Shown here one piece after another: positions 29,060-38,549 of a stretch of 64,000 nt of DNA. The notes under the pieces are model-generated. The model worked only from the letters and a program-made list of their open reading frames with translations. It ran no database searches and was not told where the DNA came from. Source of the stretch: an uncultured bacterium (GTDB taxonomy: Bacteria; Zhuqueibacterota; QNDG01; DTFT01). The translations under genes were made by a program, and so were the position numbers. Position 1 is the first letter of the stretch; each line of letters starts with the position of its first letter. Where the stretch lies: positions 382,461-446,460 of the forward strand of contig CAVTNR010000012.1 of NCBI GenBank assembly GCA_963736115.1. The letters are read 5' to 3'.

Positions 29060-29582
29060 TGGACTGCATCCCTTCGAGCGAGAGGCCGATGAAATCGCGG
29101 AGCGGCAGCCCCATTCCCTCGCAGGACCGGATCTGTTCACGGTTGGCGCCCGCGGCGAAACGCTTTTCATCGAAACGCCTCTCGATGAATTCCACGTTCA
29201 CGTTGCGGATCTTTTTCGTCGGGTGCATGAGAGCCGCGGCCACGATGAGTCCCGTGACCGGATCCGCCGCGTACAACGCCTGGTCGAGCCGGGATTTCCG
29301 CGGAAAATGGCCGGGATGGCTCTTGATGGCGTACACGACCGGCTCGGGCACGTCTTTTCCCTCGAGCATCTTTTCCGTCACGATGCCGTGCTTCGGAAAA
29401 TCGTTCGCGGTCCGGTCATAGTCGAGGTCATGCAGAAGACCGGACAGGCCCCACAGTTCCTCGTCCTCGCCGAAATGCCTTGCCAGCCGGCGCATGACAG
29501 CCTCGGCCGCCAGCATGTGCTTGATCAGGTTCTTGTTGGAGACGTTTTTTTGGACGAGATCCAGAGCCTCTTCGCGGGTCAT
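29037..29582 (-). CDS. HD/HDIG-domain phosphohydrolase
   Basis: MTREEAL, KHMLAAEA, GLLHDLDY, ADPVTG, FAAGANRE. Confidence 0.88.
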   Translation of the reverse strand: MTREEALDLVQKNVSNKNLIKHMLAAEAVMRRLARHFGEDEELWGLSGLLHDLDYDRTANDFPKHGIVTEKMLEGKDVPEPVVYAIKSHPGHFPRKSRLDQALYAADPVTGLIVAAALMHPTKKIRNVNVEFIERRFDEKRFAAGANREQIRSCEGMGLPLRDFIGLSLEGMQSIEAELGL

Positions 29583-29690
29583 ATCCCTTGTCCTATTCTG
29601 ATGATCGTTGTCTTTTATGACGCAGCCTTGCAACGCAACAGCAGAAGCCTCCGGCCCGAGGAAAGCCGGTGAACGCGTTCGTTTTCAGTT

Positions 29691-30341
29691 TCAGAAAGAG
29701 ACGCTCAGCCGGACACCCATCACCCCGCCTCCGAATGCACCCCACCCCGGCTCCGGGCCCGTGTCGAAATGCCAGAGATGGGCGTCCACGTATGCGTCGG
29801 CAAGCGTCAGGCCGTAGAGGCCCGCAACCCACCACCAGGTCAGGTTCCGGCTGTTTTCGTAGAAGGCGCGCTCGTCATCCGTGACCGAATCCGCCGCGCG
29901 GCGGTTCTGGATGATGATGTTCGCCGCGAGTCCGGCCGCGCCCGCGGCCACCAGGCCGGTCTTCCATTTGGCGCCGTTGTACCACTGGCCCCATCCGGGC
30001 AGAACCGCGGACCGGATCAGGGCGCCCCTCGGAGATTTTGTTTCGGTTTTCTGCGGAACGGTCCGGGCGGTGAGCCCGGCGCTGTCCGGTCCGACGCTTT
30101 CACGTCCGGCCGTGTCCGGCCTGACGCTTTGACGTCCGACGCTGTCCGGCGCGGCCTCACCCGAAGGAGCAGCGATGACAGCCGCGGTCTTGGATGAATC
30201 CGGGCCGGTACCCGTTGTGTCCGCGGGCCGGGCGGACCCCCAGGCGCGTCCGGCGGAAACGGCCGTTAACGCCGCGACCAGGACTGCCCGCCGGAGCCGC
30301 GGCCCCGGACGGTCAGGACGGAATTTCAGCCACGCACTCAA
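29691..30341 (-). CDS. DUF5683-type exported/membrane protein
   Basis: KSPRGALIRSAVLPGWGQWYN, DAYVDAHL; start uncertain. Confidence 0.7.
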   Translation of the reverse strand: MSAWLKFRPDRPGPRLRRAVLVAALTAVSAGRAWGSARPADTTGTGPDSSKTAAVIAAPSGEAAPDSVGRQSVRPDTAGRESVGPDSAGLTARTVPQKTETKSPRGALIRSAVLPGWGQWYNGAKWKTGLVAAGAAGLAANIIIQNRRAADSVTDDERAFYENSRNLTWWWVAGLYGLTLADAYVDAHLWHFDTGPEPGWGAFGGGVMGVRLSVSF

Positions 30342-30705
30342 TTTCAACCAGCGCGTCTTTCGGCAGGCGGCGCACTTCAACCGTGGACCGGGCGGGCGCG
30401 GGCGCGGAAAAGAAGGACCCGTACACGGCGTTCATCTCAGTAAAGTCGTTCATGTCCGCGAGAAAAACCGTGGTCTTCAGCACGCGGTCGAGCCCGCTGC
30501 CGGCGGATTCCAGAACCGCCCGGAGATTCTCGACCGCCCTGCGGGTCTGCGCTTCTATTCCGCCGTCCACGAGCGCCCCGGTTCCGGGATCGATGCCGAG
30601 TTGACCGGCCGTAAACACCAGGTTCGCGCCGGACGCAATCACCGCCTGGCTGTAAGGGCCGATGGCCTTCGGGGCCGCATCCGACCGGACTTCCCTGCGG
30701 GTCAT
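30313..30705 (-). CDS. ridA: RidA family enamine/imine deaminase
   Basis: APKAIGPYSQA, GQLG, KTTVFL, PARSTVEV, VEIECVA. Confidence 0.93.
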   Translation of the reverse strand: MTRREVRSDAAPKAIGPYSQAVIASGANLVFTAGQLGIDPGTGALVDGGIEAQTRRAVENLRAVLESAGSGLDRVLKTTVFLADMNDFTEMNAVYGSFFSAPAPARSTVEVRRLPKDALVEIECVAEIPS

Positions 30706-30902
30706 CAGTCGCCTCCCTTTTTCCTGCCGTCATCGATGTCCTCGAAGCGCGCGTCCTGCACGTCCGACCGGCTCAGATCCAGGGGTTCGTTTTTGGGCCG
30801 TCCCTTGACCCGGGGGTCCTCTTTTTCAGGCCGCCGGGTCATGACCTGCACGGTCTTGATCCCGAAATAAATCAGGAGCATCCAGAATATCAGTCGAAGC
30901 AT
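30705..30902 (-). CDS. Small single-TM hypothetical protein
   Basis: Hydrophobic N-terminus and acidic DARFEDI tail; tightly packed in the operon. Confidence 0.7.
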   Translation of the reverse strand: MLRLIFWMLLIYFGIKTVQVMTRRPEKEDPRVKGRPKNEPLDLSRSDVQDARFEDIDDGRKKGGD

Positions 30903-30911
30903 CGGCGTCTC

Positions 30912-31544
30912 TCAGGATTTGCGTGGCACGTAGTACTTGACCCCGACCGGCGGATTCTCGATCTGCCGGATCAGGTCCTCGAGGTCCTCGGTGTTCCGCA
31001 CAAAATCGATTTCCGACGTGTTGACCACCAGAAGGGGCGTCTCCCGGTAGTGGAAAAAATACGTGTTGTAGGCCTCGTTGAGCTGGCGGATGTAGTCCGA
31101 CGAAATGTTGCGCTCGTATTTCCGGTTCCGCTGGCGGATATGTTCGATGAGCCGCTCGGTGCTGGACTGGAGGTAGATGGCCAGGTCGGGCTTCGGCAGT
31201 TCCCTCTCCATGAGGGTCGCGACCTTCTCGTACAGGATCAGGTCGCGCCGCTCGAGGTTCAGATAGGCGAAGATCTTGTCCTTGGCGAAAAGATAGTCCG
31301 CGATGAGGTGGCTGTGGAACAGGTCCTGCTGGGGAATGCCGAGCAGTTGGCGGTACCGGGTGATCAGGAAAAAGAGCTGAAGCTGAAAAGCGAACCGCTG
31401 GGGGTCCCGGTAGAAATCCTCGAGATAGGGATTCTCCTCGGAGGCCTCGAACACCAGGTTGGCGTTCATCCGCTCCGCGAGCAGACGGGCCAGGCTGGTC
31501 TTGCCCGCTCCGATGACTCCCTCAATCGCGATGTAATAGGGCAT
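30912..31544 (-). CDS. Deoxynucleoside kinase
   Basis: IEGVIGAGKTSL, NPYLEDFY, QLFFL, PDLAIYL, LNEAY. Confidence 0.9.
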   Translation of the reverse strand: MPYYIAIEGVIGAGKTSLARLLAERMNANLVFEASEENPYLEDFYRDPQRFAFQLQLFFLITRYRQLLGIPQQDLFHSHLIADYLFAKDKIFAYLNLERRDLILYEKVATLMERELPKPDLAIYLQSSTERLIEHIRQRNRKYERNISSDYIRQLNEAYNTYFFHYRETPLLVVNTSEIDFVRNTEDLEDLIRQIENPPVGVKYYVPRKS

Positions 31545-31562
31545 GCCGTTTTCCTCCAGAAC

Positions 31563-32063
31563 TCATCCGTCCCGGATGACCCGCCGGACGGTCCCGCTGT
31601 CCCCGCAGGTTTTTAGCATCTCCGCAATCGTGCGTCCGCTCTCCGGATCGGTAAAGCCGGAGGCGATCTCCGCGAGAGGCTCCAGCACGAAACGGCGGCC
31701 GGCCGCGGCCGGATGCGGGAGCCGCAGGTTTTCCTCTTTGATCACAGTCGAGCCGAAGTACAGGATGTCGATGTCGATGGTGCGCGGGCCCCACCGGTTC
31801 TTCCGTCTGCGGCCGAGCCGGTTTTCAATGGCGTGGCAGGCCTCCAGCAGGCCGGCCGGACTCAGGCCCGTCCGGATTTCCGCGACCTGGTTCAGAAAAT
31901 CCCTCTGGCCGCTCAGACCCCACGGTTCCGTCTCATATACGGAAGAAAGACGGACCACTTCTGTGTCCGGAAGTTTCGCGATCAGTTCCGCGGCTTGTTC
32001 CAGAAGGCTGGACCGGTCGCCCAGATTGGAGCCCATGCCCAGAAAAACGCGGGCTGACGTCAT
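31563..32063 (-). CDS. folK: 2-amino-4-hydroxy-6-hydroxymethyldihydropteridine diphosphokinase
   Basis: GSNLGDR, SSVYETEP, FLNQV, WGPRTIDIDIL, PHP, FVLEPLAEI. Confidence 0.95.
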   Translation of the reverse strand: MTSARVFLGMGSNLGDRSSLLEQAAELIAKLPDTEVVRLSSVYETEPWGLSGQRDFLNQVAEIRTGLSPAGLLEACHAIENRLGRRRKNRWGPRTIDIDILYFGSTVIKEENLRLPHPAAAGRRFVLEPLAEIASGFTDPESGRTIAEMLKTCGDSGTVRRVIRDG

Positions 32064-32085
32064 GCTTGCACTGTGATTAATTCCA

Positions 32086-32245
32086 AATGAAGGACCCCGC
32101 CGCAAGCAGCGGAGTATCACAGGAAACTTGGATGATGGACGCCGCAAGCGGCGGGGAATTCGACCCGTCGGAGCGGCCAGAAGCCCAATCTCCGATCATC
32201 CAGGAAAATTGGAAACATAATGACGTGGCTTCTGGCCGCCCGATT
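32086..32245. mobile_element. 160-bp palindromic non-autonomous element, copy B
   Basis: Same length as and highly similar to 18558-18717. Confidence 0.85.
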
Positions 32246-32253
32246 AATCCAAA

Positions 32254-32282
32254 AATTTATTAAAAATTGTTGAGATTGTCAA
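32254..32282 (-). promoter_or_regulatory. Sigma70-type promoter for the folK-led minus-strand run
   Basis: TTGACA-N17-TAAATT on the minus strand. Confidence 0.6.
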
Positions 32283-32340
32283 TCGGAAACTCCCTGAAAG
32301 CGCTTGCTTTTCCATCCCCTGTCCCTTACTTTATACTATC

Positions 32341-33216
32341 ATGACGAACGTTCAGGATCCCGTGATCAGGGTTGGGCCCGCAGGCTGGAATTATCCGGAC
32401 TGGTACGGCGTGTTCTATCCCGAAAAGAAGGATAAGTCATTCAAAGAACTGGACTTCCTTGCTGATTTTTTCGACATGGCTGAGATCAATTCCACCTTTT
32501 ACCGGCCTGCCAATGCATTCATGGGCCGGAATTGGGTCATGAAAACAGCCAAAAATCCGGATTTCAAATTCACTGCCAAGCTTTGGAGCCGTTTCACTCA
32601 CGAGAGGCGGGATTTCGGTTCCGATGAAGTGCGGCTTTTCACCGCAGGCATAGACCCGCTTTTCCAGGCCGGAAAGCTGGGTGCCCTGCTCTGCCAGTTT
32701 CCCTGGAGTTTCCGGAACGACGAACCGAACCGGAAATGGCTGGACCGCGTACTGGACGCTTTCGGCGCCTACCCGCTGGTTGTGGAAGTCCGTCATTCCG
32801 GCTGGGACAAACCTGAGATCGGGGAATGGCTGGACAAACGGGGCGCGGGACTCGCGGCCATTGATCAGCCCGTGATCGGCCAATCCATCCCGTTCAAACC
32901 CGTGCGCACGGGCGCGATCGGATATGTCCGCATGCACGGCCGCAATACCGCGGCCTGGTTCGCCAAACCCTCGGGACCCGCGGCAAAAGAGAATCCCTCT
33001 GCCCGTTACGATTACCTCTACAGCGCGGCCGAAGTCGAGCAGATCACGGCCACGGTTAAAGCCGTGGCCGAAGGGACGAAGGAGACCTACGTCGTCCAGA
33101 ACAACCATCCCCGGGGCCAGGCGGTCGCCAATGCCATACAGGTCCGCCGTTCGCTCGGTCAGGCCATCCGCAACCTGCCGGATTCAATGTTTCTGCAGTA
33201 TCCGTTTCTGCGGTGA
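32341..33216 (+). CDS. DUF72 (YecE family) protein
   Basis: GPAGWNYPDW, EINSTFYR, QFPWSF, VEVRH, YVRMHGRN, RYDYLYS, NNH. Confidence 0.9.
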   Translation: MTNVQDPVIRVGPAGWNYPDWYGVFYPEKKDKSFKELDFLADFFDMAEINSTFYRPANAFMGRNWVMKTAKNPDFKFTAKLWSRFTHERRDFGSDEVRLFTAGIDPLFQAGKLGALLCQFPWSFRNDEPNRKWLDRVLDAFGAYPLVVEVRHSGWDKPEIGEWLDKRGAGLAAIDQPVIGQSIPFKPVRTGAIGYVRMHGRNTAAWFAKPSGPAAKENPSARYDYLYSAAEVEQITATVKAVAEGTKETYVVQNNHPRGQAVANAIQVRRSLGQAIRNLPDSMFLQYPFLR

Positions 33217-33267
33217 TCCCGGGTGCAACATGTGCGACATGTGATCGTAAAAAATGTAAGTCTCGAA

Positions 33268-33388
33268 GGTTCCGGGTTCCGGGTTTCGAGTTCCGGGTGA
33301 AAAAAAGCGATTGCTCGGGACGGAAGTTTCGGGCCCTTATCAGTCGCCATCTGTTATAACTCGAAACGCGGAACTCGGAACTCGGAAC
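33268..33388. repeat. Inverted pair of GTTCCGG-type heptamer tandem repeats
   Basis: ggttccgggttccgggtttcgagttcc versus actcgaaacgcggaactcggaactcggaac; the same repeat family occurs at 34531-34561, 34758-34790 and 36114-36144. Confidence 0.75.
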
Positions 33389-33429
33389 AAACATCCCCAC
33401 AGTCAAGAACAGAGGATACTCCCAGAGCC

Positions 33430-34563
33430 ATGCCCCAGAGTCCCGCCTTCGTTAACCTCTTTAATGATTCCATCATGAAAACCGTCCGTCGGGCGGTCTC
33501 CGTCACGCGATGGAACCCGTCGCTGTTCGCGTTTTTCGTCAGGGCCGCCTTGCATCAGCGGTCCGCGGCCCGACGCCGCGCCGCATGGGCGGCCCGAGGC
33601 GTGCATGTGCCGCCCATGATGATCGGCAGCATCACCCGTCGCTGCAACCTGAACTGCGGGGGCTGTTACGCGATGGGACAGCGCCGCGAAGACCGGCCGG
33701 AACTGCCGGTGGAACGATGGCGCGAAATCCTTTCCGAGGCGGACGACATGGGCGTGTCCATCGTCATGGTGGCCGGCGGCGAGCCCTTCACCCGGCCTTC
33801 CTTCATGTCCATGACCGCTGAATTCAAGCGTATGCTGTTCCCTGTTTTCACCAACGGTCTTCTTCTGACGCCCGAAATCGTGACCACGCTCCGGCGCCGG
33901 CGGAATCTGATTCCCGTGTTCAGCCTGGAGGGCGGCGCCCAAACCACGGACAGCCGCCGGGGCGAAGGCGTTTCGGCCCGCGTCAGCCGCGCCATGGAAT
34001 CCCTGTCCAATGCCGGCGTTTTCTACGGGACCTCGATCACCATCACAAGAACCAACCACGACGAAGTCACGGATCCGGAATTCATCCGTCCGCTGGTCGC
34101 GGGCGGCTGTCGGCTTTTCTTCTACGTGGAATACATCCCCGTCGAGGAAGGCACGGAGGACAAGGTGCTCACGGAGAGCCAGAAGGCCGGACTGGAACCG
34201 CTGACGCAATCCCTGCGGAGCCGTTTCAACGCGGATTTCATCGCCTTTCCGGGCGACGAGGAGCAATACGGCGGATGCCTGGCCGCGGGCCGCGGATTCA
34301 TCCACGTGGGACCGGACGGGAGCCTCGAACCGTGCCCGTTCGCGCCGTACACGGACGTGAATCTGTCCGGTCTTTCGCTGAAAGAGGCGCTTCGCTCGGA
34401 TTTTCTCCGCGCCATACGCGACAATCACGACAACCTGACCGAAACGAGGGGCGGATGCGCCCTGTGGACGAACCGCGAATGGGTCCGGTCGCTCCTGCCA
34501 TCACCGGAGAAATCCGCGGCTCTGATTCCCGTTCCGGGTTCTGAGTCCCGGGTTCCGGGTTAA
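33430..34563 (+). CDS. Radical SAM protein with SPASM/twitch domain
   Basis: CNLNCGGC, GGEP, FTNG, GCLAAGRGFIHVGPDGSLEPCPF. Confidence 0.88.
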   Translation: MPQSPAFVNLFNDSIMKTVRRAVSVTRWNPSLFAFFVRAALHQRSAARRRAAWAARGVHVPPMMIGSITRRCNLNCGGCYAMGQRREDRPELPVERWREILSEADDMGVSIVMVAGGEPFTRPSFMSMTAEFKRMLFPVFTNGLLLTPEIVTTLRRRRNLIPVFSLEGGAQTTDSRRGEGVSARVSRAMESLSNAGVFYGTSITITRTNHDEVTDPEFIRPLVAGGCRLFFYVEYIPVEEGTEDKVLTESQKAGLEPLTQSLRSRFNADFIAFPGDEEQYGGCLAAGRGFIHVGPDGSLEPCPFAPYTDVNLSGLSLKEALRSDFLRAIRDNHDNLTETRGGCALWTNREWVRSLLPSPEKSAALIPVPGSESRVPG

Positions 34564-34794
34564 ATAATTCCGGGACAAAAGTCCCGGACCATCGCAGTAT
34601 CGGCATGCTGTCGCCCCCGAATTTTTCTATCGGGGGCCTTTTCTTGATATTGCTTTCAGGAATGATTACATTGAATTTGACGGCCGTGGACATATCCCCC
34701 TGGCTTTCGTATTGAATCGAGATATGAAGTCCAAGGGTCGAAGTAACAGAATACTCCAACCCGGAACGCGGAACTCTGAACCCGGAACCGAGTC

Positions 34795-36108
34795 ATGCTG
34801 ATCCATAAACCCGAATTCCGGACCATATTCCGAGCGTTGAAATCGCGCAATTACCGCCTGTATTTCACGGGCCAGGGTGTGTCGCTCATCGGCTCCTGGA
34901 TGCAGTCCGTGGCCATGGGCTGGCTGGTATACCGGCTCACGCATTCGGCTTTTCTGCTCGGCGTGATCGGATTCACAAGCCAGATTCCCTCCCTGTTTCT
35001 CGGGCCCCTCGCCGGCGTTCTAGCGGACCGTATGGACAAGCGCCGCCTGCTCCTGATCATACAAACCGCTTTCATGCTCCAGGCTTCCCTGCTGGCCGGC
35101 CTGGTCCTGACGGGCCGGATCGGCGTCCCATCCCTCATCGGACTGAGTCTCTGGATGGGATTGGTCAACGCCTTTGACGTGCCCGTGCGCCAGTCCATGG
35201 TGGTCCAGCTCGTCGAGCGTCCGGAGGATCTCGCCAATGCCATCGCGCTGAACTCCATGATGTTCAACGGCGCCCGGCTGATCGGCCCCTCCATCGCCGG
35301 GCTGGTTCTGGCCGCGGCCGGAGAGGGCGTCTGCTTTCTCCTGAATGCTGTGAGTTTCACTGCCGTGATCGGCGCATTGTGGGCCATGAAGCCCGTGCCT
35401 GCTGCCGCCGGCCGGAAACGCCGCATCAGCGCGGAACTGCGGGACGGCTTCCGATACGCCTGGGGATTCCTCCCGATCCGGTCCATCCTCTCCGTCATGG
35501 CGCTGATCAGCCTGTTCGGCATGTCCTACCACGTCCTTCTGCCCGTGTTCGCCAAGGAAATTCTCGGCGGCGGCCCCCATACGCTCGGATTCCTGATGGG
35601 CGCGACCGGCGCCGGCGCGGTGTTCGGCGCCTTTGCGATGGCGTCCCGCACGTCGCCGGCCGGGCTCGAAAGAGTTCTGCCCGCGGCCGGGGCTGTGTTC
35701 GGACTCGGCCTGATCGTCATGTCCTTTTCCCGGTCACCGCTCTTCTCCTACGCGGTGATGGCGGTCATCGGACTCGGCATGATGACGTTCATGATCTCCT
35801 GCAATACGCTCATCCAGACACTCGTGGACGAGGACAAACGCGGACGCATGATGGCGCTATACGCCATGGCATTCATGGGCACCACGCCGCTGGGCAGTCT
35901 GCTGGTCGGAAGCCTGGCCAGCCGCATCGGCGCGCCGCGGGCCGCCGCCATCGGTGGATTTCTCTGCCTGGTCTGCGCCGCATGGTTTTTCAAAAAGCTT
36001 CCGGAAATACGCCGCGAAGCGCATCCGGTCTGGATCAGCAGGGGTTATGCGGGGAACGTGTCCGAGGGCATGGAAGCGGCTTCGGAGATGACGACGCCTA
36101 AAGATTGA
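34795..36108 (+). CDS. MFS transporter (DHA3/MFS_3-like)
   Basis: About 12 TM helices, GSWMQ, GVLADRMDKRR, NAIALNS, RGRMMALY. Confidence 0.9.
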   Translation: MLIHKPEFRTIFRALKSRNYRLYFTGQGVSLIGSWMQSVAMGWLVYRLTHSAFLLGVIGFTSQIPSLFLGPLAGVLADRMDKRRLLLIIQTAFMLQASLLAGLVLTGRIGVPSLIGLSLWMGLVNAFDVPVRQSMVVQLVERPEDLANAIALNSMMFNGARLIGPSIAGLVLAAAGEGVCFLLNAVSFTAVIGALWAMKPVPAAAGRKRRISAELRDGFRYAWGFLPIRSILSVMALISLFGMSYHVLLPVFAKEILGGGPHTLGFLMGATGAGAVFGAFAMASRTSPAGLERVLPAAGAVFGLGLIVMSFSRSPLFSYAVMAVIGLGMMTFMISCNTLIQTLVDEDKRGRMMALYAMAFMGTTPLGSLLVGSLASRIGAPRAAAIGGFLCLVCAAWFFKKLPEIRREAHPVWISRGYAGNVSEGMEAASEMTTPKD

Positions 36109-36280
36109 AAAATGTTTCGGGTTTCGGGTTTCGGGTTCCGGGTTGCAAGAAGCGGGTTCCATATGAAGGGGTGGTGTCATTCCCTTCCCATCGGGTATCC
36201 CGGGCTGGAGGGACATTCTCGTAGAGGCGACGCGTTGCATCGCCCTTTCATTTGAATGTCCATTGCAGATCCGAAATGGT

Positions 36281-36327
36281 CCCGTGTAGCGGGACCAAGT
36301 TATTATTTTTTTTATAATATTGAAGGC
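36281..36327 (+). mobile_element. ~45-bp hairpin mini-module (CCCGY-loop-GCGGG-AYCAAG...TTGAAGRC)
   Basis: Matches the modules at 40826, 40914, 40968, 41009 and 42008. Confidence 0.7.
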
Positions 36328-36366
36328 ACACCACTTCCCGCGGGCCCTTCGGACAATACATTCGCG

Positions 36367-36672
36367 CTACCAGGCCGGGTCAGGCCTGCCTTTCTTCCTT
36401 CTGATCCTGGGCTTGCCGATAAACCGGTGTCGGGATAAATCGTAATTCTCGAACTCGGAATAGCATTCTCTGCATTTCCAGCTGGCTTCCCTTATAACCG
36501 TTCCGCATTTCGGGCATAGAACCTTGGAAAGAGCGGATTCCTCTTTTCCCGGCTCAGCCAGAGTCCGGTCGCGGATGTGGTAGATGTAGCAAGTTTCGCA
36601 GAGCAGCCGTCCTCCGGTCTCATACTGTTTCTCTGCCTGCCGGATGTCCCTGCCGCAGGATGCGCAATCCAT
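36367..36672 (-). CDS. Small double zinc-ribbon hypothetical protein
   Basis: CASC...CETC and CPKC...CREC, with a basic tail. Confidence 0.65.
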   Translation of the reverse strand: MDCASCGRDIRQAEKQYETGGRLLCETCYIYHIRDRTLAEPGKEESALSKVLCPKCGTVIREASWKCRECYSEFENYDLSRHRFIGKPRIRRKKGRPDPAW

Positions 36673-36812
36673 TGTTCTGCCTCAAGTTCAAGATTGCTGT
36701 CCGGCCGTAAACAAAGCCGGATCTCAGGTCAGCCGGGCTCTCCAGCACCCCGGCCTGCGACGAACGCACCTGTCCCCCATCTTGTATATAGGATTTCTCC
36801 GGCTGAATGCAG

Positions 36813-36852
36813 AAAAAAAGTGCGGCGCGCCTTTAGGTGCGTCGCACTTTTT
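36813..36852. terminator. Intrinsic (possibly bidirectional) terminator
   Basis: aaaaaaagtgcggcgc...gcgtcgcacttttt hairpin with A and T tracts on both sides. Confidence 0.65.
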
Positions 36853-37001
36853 CCTATAAGCTGATAACCTCTTGATTGAAGCTCCCCGCCGCCCCGCTGA
36901 CAGATTCTACGGTATCTTCAGGGAAACCAATCCGTGGCCTGATACCACCCGACAATGCCGGCTTCCTTCGGGGCTCCGGACGACCATCTATGAACAACGG
37001 C

Positions 37002-38006
37002 CTATTTCAGGACCATCATTTTTTTCGTAACCGTTCCTGAACCGGTTTCCAGCCTGCAGAACAGGACACCGCTTGCAGCGCCCGGGGCCGAGAATTCCGC
37101 CGTGTAATCCCCGGCCGGCCGGACCTCGTTGATCAGGACCGCGATCTCCTCCCCGAGCGCGTTCCATACACTCAGCCGCACTTTCTCCTGAGACCCGATG
37201 GAAAAAGCGATACGCGTCGAGGGATTGAACGGATTGGGATAGTTGTTCCTGAGCGTGAAGCGGGAGGGAACCCCGTCCGGGCGTTCCCGGACCGCGTCAG
37301 GCGCCGCGGATCCCATCAGCCAGGCGACCGCCGATTCGAACAGGGCCCATCCTTCCTCGGTCATGTCTCCCGCGACGTTGTTCAGCAGAAAGGTGCCGAC
37401 CCGCCGGGCCGGGGCCGGATCCGCTGCCATGGCGGCTCCTTTCTCGTATCCGAAATGGACCACCTGCGTGGAATCGTTCGGATTGACCGCGATGCGGATG
37501 GGCTCCCCTTCCGGCGTCCCGTAGCTGACACCTATGTCCGCATTGACGATCAGCGCCTCGCCCTCAGGCAGCCCGGCCGCGAGCGGATGGTCCGCCCGGA
37601 CGATGCGTATCACCGAGGTGCTGAACTCCGAGCCGGCCGCGGCCTGAAAGCCCTGATCGTCGTAGAGCCCCGGCTCCCAGTTCATGACCGGCATCGGCAG
37701 ATCCTTCAGCCCCGACAGGTTGGTCGCGACCGTCCCGGAGCTGACAGTCGCCGATATCAGAACGATCGACATGCCGTCCGCCAGCACGTCACTGACGTCG
37801 TTCTGGCCCGCGGCCGTGACGGAGAATCCCATGTCTTCGAGTCTGTAGAGTACGTTCGTTTCGCCCGTGTTCAACGCCGCGGCGTCCGCAACGATAAAAA
37901 GGGCCGTGCTGTCCGCGAACTGTGCGGACGCGGACAGGGAGAATAATCCCAGCGCCGCCGCCAGCACCCGGGATTTGCCTGAGGGGAACCGATTCAGCGT
38001 TTTCAT
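37002..38006 (-). CDS. Secreted protein with T9SS/Por-type C-terminal sorting domain
   Basis: Signal peptide ending ASA-Q; C-terminal LRNNYPNPFNPSTRIAF...TKKMMVLK. Confidence 0.8.
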   Translation of the reverse strand: MKTLNRFPSGKSRVLAAALGLFSLSASAQFADSTALFIVADAAALNTGETNVLYRLEDMGFSVTAAGQNDVSDVLADGMSIVLISATVSSGTVATNLSGLKDLPMPVMNWEPGLYDDQGFQAAAGSEFSTSVIRIVRADHPLAAGLPEGEALIVNADIGVSYGTPEGEPIRIAVNPNDSTQVVHFGYEKGAAMAADPAPARRVGTFLLNNVAGDMTEEGWALFESAVAWLMGSAAPDAVRERPDGVPSRFTLRNNYPNPFNPSTRIAFSIGSQEKVRLSVWNALGEEIAVLINEVRPAGDYTAEFSAPGAASGVLFCRLETGSGTVTKKMMVLK

Positions 38007-38047
38007 GTCCTCCGCTCCTTCTGTTAGGGGTGATCGAATCCCGTTCA

Positions 38048-38443
38048 TCAATGATTTTCCTCTCTCCGGATGAGGCTTCCCGTCGACCAGACGGCAATAA
38101 AAATCAATGCGAACGGCAGCCATGTCCCGGTAAGGCTGGCAAACATGGCCAGGCTCCGATTGATCGCCAGAGCCACGACGATGAAATCCATCAGAATGAC
38201 AAAGCCGGTGAACAGACAAGCGGTTTGAAACGGACCGGGGGAAGGGTGTTTCCGGAAATAACGGTACGACAGAATCGCGAACAGGACGGGCGCGGCGGCC
38301 GCGTGAACGATCAGGGCGCGCTCAAGGGGAAGCGTGGTCATGCAGATCCCCATCACGGCGAAACAGCACAACCAGCCGGCCAAGGCGTACAGGATTCCGG
38401 TTCTCCATCCTCTCGCGTCCATCCTTCGCACGCTCCCGCTCAT
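38048..38443 (-). CDS. 4-TM hypothetical membrane protein
   Basis: Four hydrophobic segments; DFIVVAL...MFASLTGTWLPF. Confidence 0.7.
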   Translation of the reverse strand: MSGSVRRMDARGWRTGILYALAGWLCCFAVMGICMTTLPLERALIVHAAAAPVLFAILSYRYFRKHPSPGPFQTACLFTGFVILMDFIVVALAINRSLAMFASLTGTWLPFALIFIAVWSTGSLIRREENH

Positions 38444-38499
38444 TGTTCCGCGTTGAACATCCCGTGAACCGGCGCCTTCGACGACCCTGTCCGCCGCTC

Positions 38500-38538
38500 A
38501 AAGAAAGAAGGGAACCTCCTTGAAGAAGGTTCCCTTCT
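38500..38538 (-). terminator. Intrinsic terminator downstream of dcp
   Basis: gaagggaacc/ggttcccttc stem followed by a T-rich tract on the minus strand. Confidence 0.65.
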
Positions 38539-38549
38539 GATGTTCCACA

